Positions 1 to 10,166 are shown, numbered from the stretch's first letter. The stretch is 64,000 nt of DNA from Gemmatimonadaceae bacterium (GCA_045803545.1 JBJMOW010000005.1:704001-768000), one strand, 5' to 3'. A program made the numbers and translations. The notes: generated from the letters alone by a model not told the origin.

Positions 1-957
1 AGGCTGTCCGCTCTCACCCCAGATCATGCGACCGTGATCTGAGCGAATCGGACCGTCGAAACCAACGTCGTGCAATGCGTTCATGACCGCCCGCATGTCG
101 ACATCACCGGAGTCAGACGGGTGCGCAGTCTCCTGAAAGGAATGCAAGCCCGTGCGCTTGATATTTCGCAAATGCACGAAGTGAATGCGCGAGCCGACGC
201 CGCGAATGATCTGTGCAAGGTCGTTGTTCGGGTCAGCTGCGAGCGATCCCGCGCAGAAGGTCACGCCGTTCGCTTCAGCATCAACGATGTCGGTCACACG
301 CTCCAGAGCTCGCCCGCTGGTGATGATTCGAGGCAAGCCAAAGATCGACCATGGCGGGTCATCGGGATGCAACGCCATCGCTACGTTGGCTCCGGCCGCT
401 ACGGGTACGACCCGCTCCAGGAAATACGCGAGGTTGTCCCACAGCTTCTCCGCGTCGACGCCGCGGTATGCCTCGAGCAGCGCGCCGAGCTCACTCGCCG
501 AGTATCGCGTCGCCCAGCCCGGCAAGTCTGCGGTACCGCGTGAAAGATCGATGCGCGCAATGGCGCTCTCTTCAAAGGCCAGCGCGTTGGATCCGTCGGG
601 CAACATCCGCGCGAGATCAGTCCTCACCCAATCAAACACTGGCATGAAGTTGTAGCAAAGAACCGGCACACCGGCGCGCCCGATATTGCTGATACTTTCG
701 CAGTAGTTGTCGATACAACGATCGCGCATTGAGCGGCCGAGTTTGATGTCCTCGTGAACCGGTACGCTTTCGATCACGGTGAGAGACAAGCCAACCCCCT
801 CCACCTCATCTCGCAGTCGCTCCACGCTCTCGAACCTCCAGACATCACCGACAGGAATCTCGAACAGTGCTCCGACGATCCCGCGCACCGCCGGGATCTG
901 CCGAATTTTGCTCAGTGAAACGGCGTCCCGAGGTCCGAACCAACGGAAAGTCAGCAC
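1..957 (-). CDS. uxuA: Mannonate dehydratase (3' end runs off the left edge of the window)
   Basis: Absent from the ORF track because there is no stop in the window. Manual translation from GTG at 957 gives MLTFRWFGPRDAVSLSKIRQIPAVRGIVGALFEIPVGDVW, then IESVPVHEDIKLG and CYNFMPVFDWVRT, all typical UxuA motifs. Lies directly downstream of kdgK. Confidence 0.92.
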   Translation of the reverse strand, partial: MLTFRWFGPRDAVSLSKIRQIPAVRGIVGALFEIPVGDVWRFESVERLRDEVEGVGLSLTVIESVPVHEDIKLGRSMRDRCIDNYCESISNIGRAGVPVLCYNFMPVFDWVRTDLARMLPDGSNALAFEESAIARIDLSRGTADLPGWATRYSASELGALLEAYRGVDAEKLWDNLAYFLERVVPVAAGANVAMALHPDDPPWSIFGLPRIITSGRALERVTDIVDAEANGVTFCAGSLAADPNNDLAQIIRGVGSRIHFVHLRNIKRTGLHSFQETAHPSDSGDVDMRAVMNALHDVGFDGPIRSDHGRMIWGESGQP

Positions 958-977
958 GCGCTCGACTTATTCCTGAT

Positions 978-1991
978 TCATCGCGCGACGCGGAGACTGC
1001 CACCCTTCAGCAGCTGCTCGACCTCGTCGCGCGTAATGAGGCAGAAGTCGCCGGGAACGCTGTGTTTGAGCGCTGAAGCCGCTGTCGCAAATCGCAGCGA
1101 GTCTTCCCAGTTTCGATCCTGGAGGCGAGCAGCAATGAGGCCGCCGCTGAAGGCGTCCCCCGCGCCAATGCGGTCGACGACTTCGACTTCGTATTTCGGC
1201 GCCCGATACACTTTCCGTTCCGCCACCAGCACAGCGCTCCAGGTGTTGAGGAGCACTCGCGGATTCTCACGCAGAGTGATAGCGGCAGCGCTGAGATTGA
1301 ATCGATCGATCAGCTCTTTCGCGACGCTCGCATATGCGTCCGCGTCGACGTGATCGTAGGTCTCGTGGTTTCGGCCGCCGATACCGAATACGACGCGAGT
1401 GTCTTCCTCGGTTGTTATCAGCACGTCGACGTAGCGCATCAGCGGCTCCTGGACGTTGCGGGCCACATCGGGCTTCCAAAGCTTGCGACGGAAATTCAGA
1501 TCGTAGCTGACCGTCAGTCCGGCCTTCTTCGCAGCCTCCAGCGCTTCCGACGTCACCTTTGCCGCTGACTTGCTGAGCGCCGGTGTGATACCGCTGACGT
1601 GGAACCAGTGCGCGCCTGCAAACGCCGATTTCCAGTCAACACTCCCGGGCTCGATGCTGCTGATCGCCGATCCCGCCCGATCATACAGCACGCTGCTTGG
1701 CCTCGGCGCGGCGCCGAGCTCCGCGAAATACAAACCGGCGCGATCGCCTTTCGACCACTCGATCCGTGTTTCGACGCCCAGCTCACGCGCGCGGTTGGCG
1801 ATCACATGGCCAAGGGGGTTGTCAGGGAGGCGGGAGATCCAAAGAGACGAAGTTCCAAACCTGGCGGCGGCGACCGCGACGTTGAGCTCTCCACCACCGA
1901 CGTAAAGGTCGAGCGTGTGTGCCTGCTCCAGCCGTTGAAAATTGGGCGGAGTCAGGCGGATCATCGCTTCGCCGAGAGTCACCAGGAGCAT
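978..1991 (-). CDS. kdgK: PfkB-family sugar kinase, probably 2-keto-3-deoxygluconate kinase
   Basis: GEAMIRL, GGGELNVA, HVSGIT, SYDLNFR and VDRIGAGDAF motifs; co-oriented with uxuA. Confidence 0.88.
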   Translation of the reverse strand: MLLVTLGEAMIRLTPPNFQRLEQAHTLDLYVGGGELNVAVAAARFGTSSLWISRLPDNPLGHVIANRARELGVETRIEWSKGDRAGLYFAELGAAPRPSSVLYDRAGSAISSIEPGSVDWKSAFAGAHWFHVSGITPALSKSAAKVTSEALEAAKKAGLTVSYDLNFRRKLWKPDVARNVQEPLMRYVDVLITTEEDTRVVFGIGGRNHETYDHVDADAYASVAKELIDRFNLSAAAITLRENPRVLLNTWSAVLVAERKVYRAPKYEVEVVDRIGAGDAFSGGLIAARLQDRNWEDSLRFATAASALKHSVPGDFCLITRDEVEQLLKGGSLRVAR

Positions 1992-2080
1992 GCGAAATCT
2001 TACGAACTGCGATGGGAAGCCACCAGCGGCTAATCCCCTCGCTTCCGCGCCGTGCTCAAGGCCGTAGAATTCTAGGCGCG

Positions 2081-2857
2081 ATGCCCTTTCCCGCTTTCGA
2101 TCTAACGAATCGTGTCGCCGTCGTAGTGGGTGCGACTTCCGGCATCGGGAAGGCCATCGCGCTCGCGCTCGCGGATGCCGGTGCTGACGTTGTGCCGACG
2201 GGCCGCCGCGCGAACATGGTCGAGTCCGCTGCGCGGGAAGTGGAACAGCGCGGTCGTCGCTCGCACGTCGTCACCAGCGACGTGACATCCACCGACTCGA
2301 TCAACGAGCTCGCGCGTGTCGTCATCGACAAATTCGGCCAGGTGGACATTCTCGTGAACGCAGCGGGAATCACCGTCCGGCGTCCGACCGCCGAAGTAAC
2401 GGACAGTGAGTGGAACGCGATCCTCGACACGAATCTGAATGGAATGATGCGGGCATGCCGGGCGTTCGGGCCCCACATGATCGAGCGACGCTACGGACGC
2501 GTGATCAATATCGGCTCGCTGACATCGGTGGTCGCCCTCCAGGAAGTCGCCGCGTACGGCGCGAGCAAAGCAGCAGTAGCAGCACTCACCAAATCTCTCG
2601 CGGTTGAATGGGCGCCGTACAACATCTGCGTCAATGCAATTCTCCCGGGCGTCTTCCGCACCGCGCTCAACGAAGGCCTGCTCGACGGCACCGATCGCGG
2701 GCGCGAGCTGTTGATGCGCACGCCGATGCGGCGGTTCGGTCAGCCGGACGAATTAGCCGGCGCTGCAGTCTTTCTTGCCTCCGGCGCTGCCAGTTTCGTC
2801 ACCGGCCATCTGCTCGCAGTGGACGGCGGCTTCCTGGCGAGCGGAGTGAATCAGTAG
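2081..2857 (+). CDS. SDR oxidoreductase, gluconate 5-dehydrogenase/KduD-like
   Basis: GATSGIG, NAAG, YGASK catalytic motif, C-terminal VDGG. Start moved to ATG 2081 because the track start at 1919 overlaps kdgK. Confidence 0.85.
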   Translation: MPFPAFDLTNRVAVVVGATSGIGKAIALALADAGADVVPTGRRANMVESAAREVEQRGRRSHVVTSDVTSTDSINELARVVIDKFGQVDILVNAAGITVRRPTAEVTDSEWNAILDTNLNGMMRACRAFGPHMIERRYGRVINIGSLTSVVALQEVAAYGASKAAVAALTKSLAVEWAPYNICVNAILPGVFRTALNEGLLDGTDRGRELLMRTPMRRFGQPDELAGAAVFLASGAASFVTGHLLAVDGGFLASGVNQ

Positions 2858-2904
2858 CCATCCGGATCGCATTCCCAATGCTGAGCTAAAATTTGTGATC
2901 ACAT

Positions 2905-2921
2905 TCGGCCTCCTGTTTGCA
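2905..2921 (+). promoter_or_regulatory. Possible sigma-54 (-24/-12) promoter of the lipoprotein gene
   Basis: TCGGCCTCCTGTTTGCA: GG at 2907-2908, 10 nt, GC at 2919-2920. Confidence 0.35.
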
Positions 2922-2981
2922 AACAGTGGAGGTGGCCTGAGTCATCGCAAGGCACACCACCCAGATCCCGCAGGAGCGAAA

Positions 2982-3413
2982 ATGAACACAGCCAAAACCA
3001 TCAACGGAATCGCGCTCGCCTCCGTGCTCGCGCTCGGCGCCGCCTGTGCCGGCGTCAAAAAAACTACGACCGACATCAATCCGGCCATGAACCGCGCGCC
3101 GACTTGCGCTCAGGCGATCGCGGTCTACAACAGTCGCATGGATGTCCCCTACGACTACTACGAGCTCGCCTGGATTCAGGCCGAGGGCAACTCGGTGTGG
3201 ACGACCGACAACCAGCTGCAAACGCAGATTCGTAATGGCGCCGCCAAAGTCGGAGCCAATGCGGTGATCGTCAATCCGGTGCAGCAGTCGAAGTCGACCG
3301 TGAAGGTTCTCGGCGAAGCAATCGGCGCTAACTCGGCGACGCAGAAAGCCAGCGCGCTGGCTATCTACATGCCGGGTGATGCCGGGCGCGTCAGATCCAC
3401 CTGCGGCACCTGA
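2982..3413 (+). CDS. Hypothetical lipoprotein
   Basis: AGGAG RBS before ATG 2982; signal peptide ending LALGAAC; AAKVGANAVI segment reminiscent of small YbjQ/RcsF-like folds. Confidence 0.75.
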   Translation: MNTAKTINGIALASVLALGAACAGVKKTTTDINPAMNRAPTCAQAIAVYNSRMDVPYDYYELAWIQAEGNSVWTTDNQLQTQIRNGAAKVGANAVIVNPVQQSKSTVKVLGEAIGANSATQKASALAIYMPGDAGRVRSTCGT

Positions 3414-3432
3414 CCCTCGTCGCAGCGTAAGC

Positions 3433-3466
3433 AAAAGGGCCGGCGCTCGCCGGCCCTTCGTGTTTC
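3433..3466. terminator. Intrinsic terminator between convergent genes
   Basis: AAGGGCCGGC-gctc-GCCGGCCCTT hairpin (3435-3458) with an A-run on the left. Confidence 0.7.
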
Positions 3467-3479
3467 AAGGATCGAGTCG

Positions 3480-4424
3480 TTACCGAAGCTCAGCGTGGCC
3501 ATCGGTGGCCGGAGCTTCGTGCGCCGGCGCCGGTCCGAATCCGCTTTCGCGTGCAAAATTCCTTGCGTATTCGAACGGTGAAGTTGCAGATACGTCGAAA
3601 TCAGCGAACGGGGGCTGCATACCCGAATCAAAACCGCGGGCGAGACCGAGCATCAAACCTGAGAAAGTCTTGTCGAAGGGGTTTTCGGCGGCCTTCCATT
3701 GCGCTTCGAGAATGTCTTCCGGCACCTCGATGATGTTGAACTTCCGACCGAAGGTGTCTTCGAAAATGCGAACCGCGTCACGCTGACTGATCTCCTCCGG
3801 ACCTCCGACAGGAATCACCGCGTTGCTCGCCTTCGGATTGGTTAGCGACTGCACCGCGAACTCGGCGACATCACCGACGGTGACGTAGCGGATCTTGTCC
3901 GTCCCTTTTCCGTAGACCTTGACCGTACCCGCCGCGGGATCACAGAACAGCATCGGGCCCAGCCAGCTCTCGCAGAAATAGCTCGGGTGCAGAATGGTGT
4001 AGTCGAGACCACTTTGCTCGAGATGGTGCTCCGCATCCCGCTTGGCTCGCGTTAACGGGTTGTCCACCATTTTCGCTGTGTCGAACGACACGAACACGAA
4101 CTTGCGGACTCCGGCCTTTCGCGCGGCATCGATCAGCGACTTGTTTCCTTCGGCGTCGGTCGCCTCGAATGAATCTCCGGGCTGCGACGTAAGAATGGTG
4201 GTGACAGTCGAGATCACGGCGTCCACTCCGGCGCATGCAGCGATCAGCGATCGCGGCTCACGGAGATCCCCTTGCACGATTTCCGCGCCGAATCGCTGCA
4301 GGCGCAGCACTTTTTCAGGGGCTGATGTGACGCGCGTAAGCGCGCGCACCTGTTCGCCACGAGCGGTGAGTCGCCGTACGATCTCCGAGCCCAGCACGCC
4401 AGTGGCGCCAGCAACGAGGATCAT
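3480..4424 (-). CDS. NmrA/Ycf39-like atypical SDR, NAD(P)H-binding protein
   Basis: MILVAGATGVLG Rossmann start with GGAGGT RBS; GVDAVIS, LDYTILHPSYF, VGGPE motifs. Confidence 0.88.
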   Translation of the reverse strand: MILVAGATGVLGSEIVRRLTARGEQVRALTRVTSAPEKVLRLQRFGAEIVQGDLREPRSLIAACAGVDAVISTVTTILTSQPGDSFEATDAEGNKSLIDAARKAGVRKFVFVSFDTAKMVDNPLTRAKRDAEHHLEQSGLDYTILHPSYFCESWLGPMLFCDPAAGTVKVYGKGTDKIRYVTVGDVAEFAVQSLTNPKASNAVIPVGGPEEISQRDAVRIFEDTFGRKFNIIEVPEDILEAQWKAAENPFDKTFSGLMLGLARGFDSGMQPPFADFDVSATSPFEYARNFARESGFGPAPAHEAPATDGHAELR

Positions 4425-4535
4425 AGTACCTCCTTCGCAATGATTTGGGCTGCTGCGAAGATGGCTGGTTTGCGGCGATCCGGCAATCAGTGCGATACTT
4501 GCCGAAAACCGCGCCGAATCGCCACCATTACTCCC

Positions 4536-5813
4536 ATGAAGACGACAACGCTTTCTCTCCTTGCTTTCGGCCTTATAACGGGATTTGCGGGCGCTCAGAA
4601 CAGGCTGCCGGCCGGCATGCGTCCCCCGGGATGCAGTTCCGGTTTGCAACTCCCCGAGGGGTTCTGCGCGACCCTTTTCGCCGACAGCGTGCGCGGCGCA
4701 CGTCACATCGTCGTCGCGCCCAACGGGGACGTATTCGTCAATGTCGTCGGAAATGCGTCACCGGGTGTTCTGGTGCTCCGCGACACCGATCGCGATGGTA
4801 AAGCCGATATCAGGCAGACCTGGGGTGGCGAAGGCGGCACCGGAATCGCGCTCGACGAGAGCTACCTATACGCGACGGCGAACAGCTCGATTGTTCGTTA
4901 CCGTCTCGCGCCCGGATCGCTGCGACCGAGTGGCGGGCCTGAGATCATCGTCAGCGGACTGCCAATGTCCGGATCACACCACTCCCACAATTTCGTCGTT
5001 CACAACCATACGCTTTACGTCAACATCGGATCTGCATCAAACGCGTGTCAGCAACAGGATCGTCGCGCGGCATCACGCGGCAACGACCCTTGCACCGAGC
5101 TGAATACGCGCGCCGGAATCTGGGAGTTCGACGCGAATCGCCTCAATCAGCGACCCACCGATGGTCGCCGCTATGCGACGGGCCTGCGCAATTCGGTGGC
5201 CTTCACTCGCAATCCGCTGGACGGAAACCTCTACGCAACCGTACACGGGCGCGATCAGTTGCACGACAGTTGGCCGAATCTCTTCACCGCTGAGAAAAGC
5301 GCTGAGAACCCTGGAGAAGAGCTGGTAAGAGTCGATCGCGGTGGTGATTATGGTTGGCCGTACTGCTTCTACGATGTCGACCGCAAAAGGCTCGTGCAGG
5401 CACCCGAATACGGTGGCGACGGTCAGACGACGGGCCGATGCGACAAAAAAGTGGAGCCGCTGATGGCGTTTCCCGGACACTGGGCACCCAACGGAATGCT
5501 TTTCTACACCGGTACTCAGTTCCCATCGTCGTATCGCGGCGGTGCGTTCATCGCATTTCACGGATCGTGGAACCGCGCTCCGCTGCCACAGGCCGGTTTC
5601 CGCGTCGTCTTTGCGCCGTTCCGCTTCAACCGTCCGCTCGGAACGTTTACGACCTTCGCCGATGGCTTCAATCCCGCCCCAAGTCCCGGACGCGCAACTC
5701 CTGGCACCAGGCGTCCTACCGGTATCGCTCAGTCGCCCGACGGTTCCCTCTACATAACGGACGACACCGGCGGCACGATTTGGAAGATCACGTATCGCGC
5801 GTCATCCCGCTGA
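4536..5813 (+). CDS. Secreted PQQ-dependent glucose/sorbosone dehydrogenase family beta-propeller
   Basis: Signal peptide; LPEGFCATLFA, ATGLRN, HGRDQL, GGDYGWPYC, AFHGSWNR, RPTGIAQSPDGSLYITDD motifs. Confidence 0.85.
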   Translation: MKTTTLSLLAFGLITGFAGAQNRLPAGMRPPGCSSGLQLPEGFCATLFADSVRGARHIVVAPNGDVFVNVVGNASPGVLVLRDTDRDGKADIRQTWGGEGGTGIALDESYLYATANSSIVRYRLAPGSLRPSGGPEIIVSGLPMSGSHHSHNFVVHNHTLYVNIGSASNACQQQDRRAASRGNDPCTELNTRAGIWEFDANRLNQRPTDGRRYATGLRNSVAFTRNPLDGNLYATVHGRDQLHDSWPNLFTAEKSAENPGEELVRVDRGGDYGWPYCFYDVDRKRLVQAPEYGGDGQTTGRCDKKVEPLMAFPGHWAPNGMLFYTGTQFPSSYRGGAFIAFHGSWNRAPLPQAGFRVVFAPFRFNRPLGTFTTFADGFNPAPSPGRATPGTRRPTGIAQSPDGSLYITDDTGGTIWKITYRASSR

Positions 5814-5826
5814 GCGGTCTCGCGCT

Positions 5827-7164
5827 GTGCTGAATCCAGTGAAGGCGTTCGCCAACCGTCTGAAGAGACTCCTTGGGAGATCTCGGGCGGAGGCTTCACC
5901 GGCGCCAGAGTCAGCAACCGCTCCCAGCCTCGACAGCGAGCGGCGCCTCAGCTTCATGCTCGAGTCGGTGCCGGTTAACATGTGGTCGACTGATGCACAG
6001 CTTAACATCACGTTTTCGCAGGGAGCGGGACTGCATCTGATCGGTGCGGGCGCCAACGAACAGGTGGGAATGACGCTGTACGAAGTGCTCAAGACGCGGG
6101 ACCCGGGAACGACTCCGCTCGCCGCCCATTTGCGCGCGCTGCAGGGTGAGCTCGTTCGCTACGACATCACCTGGCGCGGCCGCTCGTTCGAGACGCGCGT
6201 CGAACCGCTGCGTGGACCCGATGGCCGCATCACCGGAACGGTCGGCATCGCCATCGATGTCACCGACAGAAAAAGTCTATACGATGCGCTGCACACTCAG
6301 AATGTCTATTTTGCCGCGCTGTTCGAGAGTGCGCCGGAGGCGATTGCGATCCTTGACGAACAGGATCAGATCATTCGGGTGAACGGCCAGTTCACCGCGA
6401 TGTTCGGCTACACCGAGGATGATGCGGTGAGCCGCAACATCAATGACCTCATCGTGCCGCCTCCGCTCGTTGAGGATGCGGAAAACCTTACCGCGCGTGT
6501 TGCAGCGGGAGAGAAACTCACCACTGAAGCGCTACGCCGTCACAAGGACGGTCACACTATCTGGGTTTCGATAGCTGCGACACCGTTTGGAGTCGGTGAC
6601 CAGCCCGGCCGCGTTTACGCGATGTATCACGACATCTCGGCGCTCAAGCGGGCGGAAGACGAGCTCAAGGCGTTGTTGCTCGTCGATGAGCTGACGGGTC
6701 TCCCCAACCGCCGCGCTTTCATCACGCTCTCGGAGCAGGCGCTCAAGCTGGCAGCGCGACTGGAGCGTGATGTGCTGATGATCTTCATCGATGTCGATCA
6801 TTTGAAGTACATCAACGACACCTTCGGACATCTCGCAGGAGATCGTGCGCTGATCGACACCGCTCGTGTTCTGCGCGAGAGCTGTCGCGAAGCGGACATC
6901 ATCGCCCGACTGGGCGGCGATGAGTTCGTTGCCTTGTTGACGGTCAATTCAGACCAGACCGCGGAGATTGTCTGTCAGCGTATCAAGAGCCGTGTTGACC
7001 TGCACAACGCCGAAGCAGATCGCGATTACCAGTTGTCCCTGAGCGTGGGAGCCAAACGGTCGAGAGCGGAGGGAACGATGCTCGCCGATCTTCTGGCGCA
7101 GGCGGACACCGCACTATACGAGCAGAAGCGCGGCCGTAGTCGGCGTCAGGCGCTCTCGCGATAG
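5827..7164 (+). CDS. PAS-PAS-GGDEF diguanylate cyclase
   Basis: Two PAS/PAC domains; DELTGLPNRR; intact RLGGDEF with I-site RxxD (READ). Confidence 0.92.
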   Translation: MLNPVKAFANRLKRLLGRSRAEASPAPESATAPSLDSERRLSFMLESVPVNMWSTDAQLNITFSQGAGLHLIGAGANEQVGMTLYEVLKTRDPGTTPLAAHLRALQGELVRYDITWRGRSFETRVEPLRGPDGRITGTVGIAIDVTDRKSLYDALHTQNVYFAALFESAPEAIAILDEQDQIIRVNGQFTAMFGYTEDDAVSRNINDLIVPPPLVEDAENLTARVAAGEKLTTEALRRHKDGHTIWVSIAATPFGVGDQPGRVYAMYHDISALKRAEDELKALLLVDELTGLPNRRAFITLSEQALKLAARLERDVLMIFIDVDHLKYINDTFGHLAGDRALIDTARVLRESCREADIIARLGGDEFVALLTVNSDQTAEIVCQRIKSRVDLHNAEADRDYQLSLSVGAKRSRAEGTMLADLLAQADTALYEQKRGRSRRQALSR

Positions 7165-7490
7165 TATTCGGCGAGACACCAGGTAACCATATCCGCCAGT
7201 AAAACCTGGGTTCGGTCGGAGCTCGAAAACCGAACGCCGATTTCTCGCACCATCCCCTGGGCCGCGCGAACCACGCCCTCCCCCGACTCGCCACCTTCTT
7301 TCATCTCGGCGACGAAGGTGCACACCGCACCCTGCAGTTCTTCCTTGTTGTAGACGCCGGCGGCGAACACGGCCGCCAGCGCCTTCGCAAGATTCATCTC
7401 GGCCTTGCTTTGCGCGTTGCGCGCAATGCGTTTGCTCGTACGCTTGCTGTTCGCCTTGCTCTCCGCGCCCCGCCGCGGTCGACCACTCAT
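7146..7490 (-). CDS. Small hypothetical protein
   Basis: Helical ORF ending MVTWCLAEYYRESA that fills the gap after sodC; alternative start at 7397. Confidence 0.6.
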   Translation of the reverse strand: MSGRPRRGAESKANSKRTSKRIARNAQSKAEMNLAKALAAVFAAGVYNKEELQGAVCTFVAEMKEGGESGEGVVRAAQGMVREIGVRFSSSDRTQVLLADMVTWCLAEYYRESA

Positions 7491-7560
7491 GAGTGGAACG
7501 TGTACGGCACCATTTGACGTGTCAAGTGATCTCGGTATGTCGGCTCAGCGCGTCACGACG

Positions 7561-8109
7561 TTACGGCAGTGCACGGACGACTCCGCACGCGATCCTGGCG
7601 CCACTGTTTCCCGAAGGGTTCGTTACCTGATCGTCGGCCGCGGCGTGCACGACGAGCGCGCTCCCATCGGCGTCAAACAGGGTGCGCGTTCCCGGCGTCA
7701 GGCTCACACGGTCGGTCGAGAACGAGACATTTCCAACTCCGCCCGCGGGAATCACGATGTTGGGATTGTCGCCAGCGTGTGGCCCACGCGGATTCTGGAG
7801 ACCGTGCTCCATACCCATCGGGTTATAGTGTCCGCCCGCGGTCGTGAACCCCGGGGCTTCGCACTTGCCCGCGTCATGGAAATGAATGCCGTGAGTACCG
7901 CCCGGAAGTGAGAGGCTCGCGATCTCCACATTCACGACGCCATTGCCGTCCTGCCACAGCTGCGCGGTACCGATGGCAACTCCGCTCGAGTTGTACATCA
8001 CAGCTTCCGCTCGCGCCGCGGCGTTCCGCATGCGCGTCGCTGTCGAGCAGGCAGCGCTGCTCACGATGAAGAGCCCGGCCACCAAAACCAATCCGCTTCG
8101 CACTCTCAT
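7561..8109 (-). CDS. sodC: Cu/Zn superoxide dismutase, lipoprotein
   Basis: HGIHFH, GGHYNP, PHAGD, VVHA and GNSGARIACG motifs; lipobox SAAC. Confidence 0.93.
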   Translation of the reverse strand: MRVRSGLVLVAGLFIVSSAACSTATRMRNAAARAEAVMYNSSGVAIGTAQLWQDGNGVVNVEIASLSLPGGTHGIHFHDAGKCEAPGFTTAGGHYNPMGMEHGLQNPRGPHAGDNPNIVIPAGGVGNVSFSTDRVSLTPGTRTLFDADGSALVVHAAADDQVTNPSGNSGARIACGVVRALP

Positions 8110-8157
8110 GGGAGACTCCGGAGTGAAGGTTCAGTCGCGGAGTCCCTGGACACCGCG

Positions 8158-9654
8158 CTAGTTACGAATCTTGAACTTCGTCCAAACGACGATCGTGGTG
8201 CAGTCGCCCTGGCCAGCATGGGTGTACTGAGGCGGCGTACCCGGACCGTTGTAAACCTCAATCCCTACAACTTCGCGGCCATTGACGAATTGATTGACGT
8301 CGCCCGGCATGAGTGACTGCCAGGGAGAGTCATCGACATAATACTGAACACACGGCGGTGCGCCACTCAGGCTCGTCACACCACGCGTGCTCGTAACCTC
8401 TTCTCCTTGCGAACCGTAGCTGACCTGGAGACCCGGTACCGTCCGCAAAATGTCGGTCAGGTAGTTCGGCGCCAGCCGCTCGATCTGCTCCGGTCCGAGA
8501 TAGAAGCCGACACCTGATTTCTGTCGGGTCGTGAACCCGACTTTATCCAGGCTCGCCGCTCGCTTTGCGGTCACTACTACTGGCTCAATCGTCGCCACGA
8601 ACTTGGGCAGCTTGACGGAAACTTGCTTCGGCTCGTGAGAGCTCAGATCAACAGGCACCGTTTCCGCCCCGAAGCCGAGATGACGAGCGAGCAGGACGTG
8701 ACTGCCCGAAGGCAGATTGCGCATCGTGAACTGGCCTTTGTCATTCGTCATTGCGACGATGTTCGTCCCGACCAGCTCGACTCGGCTGCCGGCATTCGAG
8801 GGCGAGCCCTCGAGAATCACGGTGCCACTCACTGCAGCATTTCCTGTCTTGGCGCCCGAATCCACGCGCGACAGAAGCAAGTTGCGCAAGAAGAGCTCGG
8901 TGTCATCGGTGCCGAGCTCGATCGGCACTTCTGCCGTAACCGCGCCACCCATTCGCGCCTGCAGCGTTGCCTTCATGTCATTCGGCAGGCCGCAAATCCG
9001 ATAGTCGCCCTGGGCGTTGGTGCTGTCGCGCAGCAGACGCGGCGTCCGACGAACTCCGACCTCCTTGGAAACCTCGACCTGCGACCAGGCAATCGAGACT
9101 TCAGCTCCCTTCACCGGCAGCATGGACTCGGGATCCGTGACGCGACCGATCACCGCGGATGTTCCTTGTGCGCGTGGACCAAGCGGTGGACACCACGTCT
9201 TGATGATCGTCGTTGACGAAGGCACCGACAGCATCACGAAGCTCGAGCTGTCCGCGCCGACATAGAATTTTTTGGTCGCTAGCGACAGCCCCAGCGAGTC
9301 GAGAACCGGATGAAAGACACCCACTTGATACGTCCCCGGCTTCAGTCCGCCGATCTTGAACCTGCCAACGGAGTCACTGGTCGCGCTTTGTTGCGCGCCT
9401 TCGATTACGACTTCTGCGTGGCGGAGGTAGGTACCGTGCAGGCTGTCGACCAGCAGCCCGGTGATCTCGGCGGTTCCGGTTTTCGTTGGAACTGCGGCAA
9501 CCACGGTGTCCTTGGGCGGCTCCTTCTTGGCGGCCTGTTTTTTCTCGGCCTCCTTGCGACCGAGGATGGTCTGACGCTGCTGGGCGTGCAACGGGACGGC
9601 GCTTACCAGAATCGCCAGTGACAAGAGTGAAACGTGAATCGTGCGAAGCTGCAT
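8158..9654 (-). CDS. Secreted protein with three carboxypeptidase-regulatory-like domains and a C-terminal TonB-plug-like domain
   Basis: Signal peptide from ATG 9654 (TAATG overlap with the upstream stop); repeated ITG/VIG/VSG...T/SDxxGxF beta-sandwich units; LTDILRTVPGL and GIEVY plug motifs; no beta-barrel. Confidence 0.75.
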   Translation of the reverse strand: MQLRTIHVSLLSLAILVSAVPLHAQQRQTILGRKEAEKKQAAKKEPPKDTVVAAVPTKTGTAEITGLLVDSLHGTYLRHAEVVIEGAQQSATSDSVGRFKIGGLKPGTYQVGVFHPVLDSLGLSLATKKFYVGADSSSFVMLSVPSSTTIIKTWCPPLGPRAQGTSAVIGRVTDPESMLPVKGAEVSIAWSQVEVSKEVGVRRTPRLLRDSTNAQGDYRICGLPNDMKATLQARMGGAVTAEVPIELGTDDTELFLRNLLLSRVDSGAKTGNAAVSGTVILEGSPSNAGSRVELVGTNIVAMTNDKGQFTMRNLPSGSHVLLARHLGFGAETVPVDLSSHEPKQVSVKLPKFVATIEPVVVTAKRAASLDKVGFTTRQKSGVGFYLGPEQIERLAPNYLTDILRTVPGLQVSYGSQGEEVTSTRGVTSLSGAPPCVQYYVDDSPWQSLMPGDVNQFVNGREVVGIEVYNGPGTPPQYTHAGQGDCTTIVVWTKFKIRN

Positions 9655-10166
9655 TAGTCTTCCAGCGCTGGCTCGTACGCGGTCTCCGCGTGGGGAGCAA
9701 GATGTGAATGTGTGTTGATCAGACGCGCGCATGTATTCCAGCGCAGAATCGCATCATCGTTACCGCCCGGTCGGATCTCCTCGGCCTTTTCGTACCAACC
9801 CATCGCGTTGCGCAGCGCATCGTACGCCATTCCGCCACTGCCCATGCCGCCGCGATGCAGATAGGCCTGTCCACTGCGCTCCGACGCAATTCCGGTGTAA
9901 TAGAAGCGTTGGTACGGGTCGGTGATCCGCGGCAGAATCTCTTTCACTTCCTTCATGACCGTGGCGTGGCCTTCCGCGAGCTGATCGGTCAGCGCCAGTA
10001 CCAGCATCACCAATACCTGCTGGTTGTTGCCGTCGATTTCCAGAATGTCGCGGCAGATGCTCTCTGCCGCCCACGACTGGTTGATCAGCCTGTAGCGTTC
10101 CGCCTTTTGAACCGCGCGCGGAACTGCCTCCTTCGAGATCGGCTTGAGTCTGATGTGATCCTTCAA
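9654..10166 (-). CDS. Hypothetical alpha-helical (TPR-like) protein coupled to sdhB
   Basis: TTG start overlaps the sdhB stop; KAERYRLIN..AESIC..IL and AMGWYEKAE..RP.GNDDAILRWNTC helices. Confidence 0.8.
   Translation of the reverse strand: MKDHIRLKPISKEAVPRAVQKAERYRLINQSWAAESICRDILEIDGNNQQVLVMLVLALTDQLAEGHATVMKEVKEILPRITDPYQRFYYTGIASERSGQAYLHRGGMGSGGMAYDALRNAMGWYEKAEEIRPGGNDDAILRWNTCARLINTHSHLAPHAETAYEPALED

Noticed and set aside
2894..2903. CRP/FNR site (TGTGATCACA)
   Set aside because: Half-sites lack the required 6-nt spacer.
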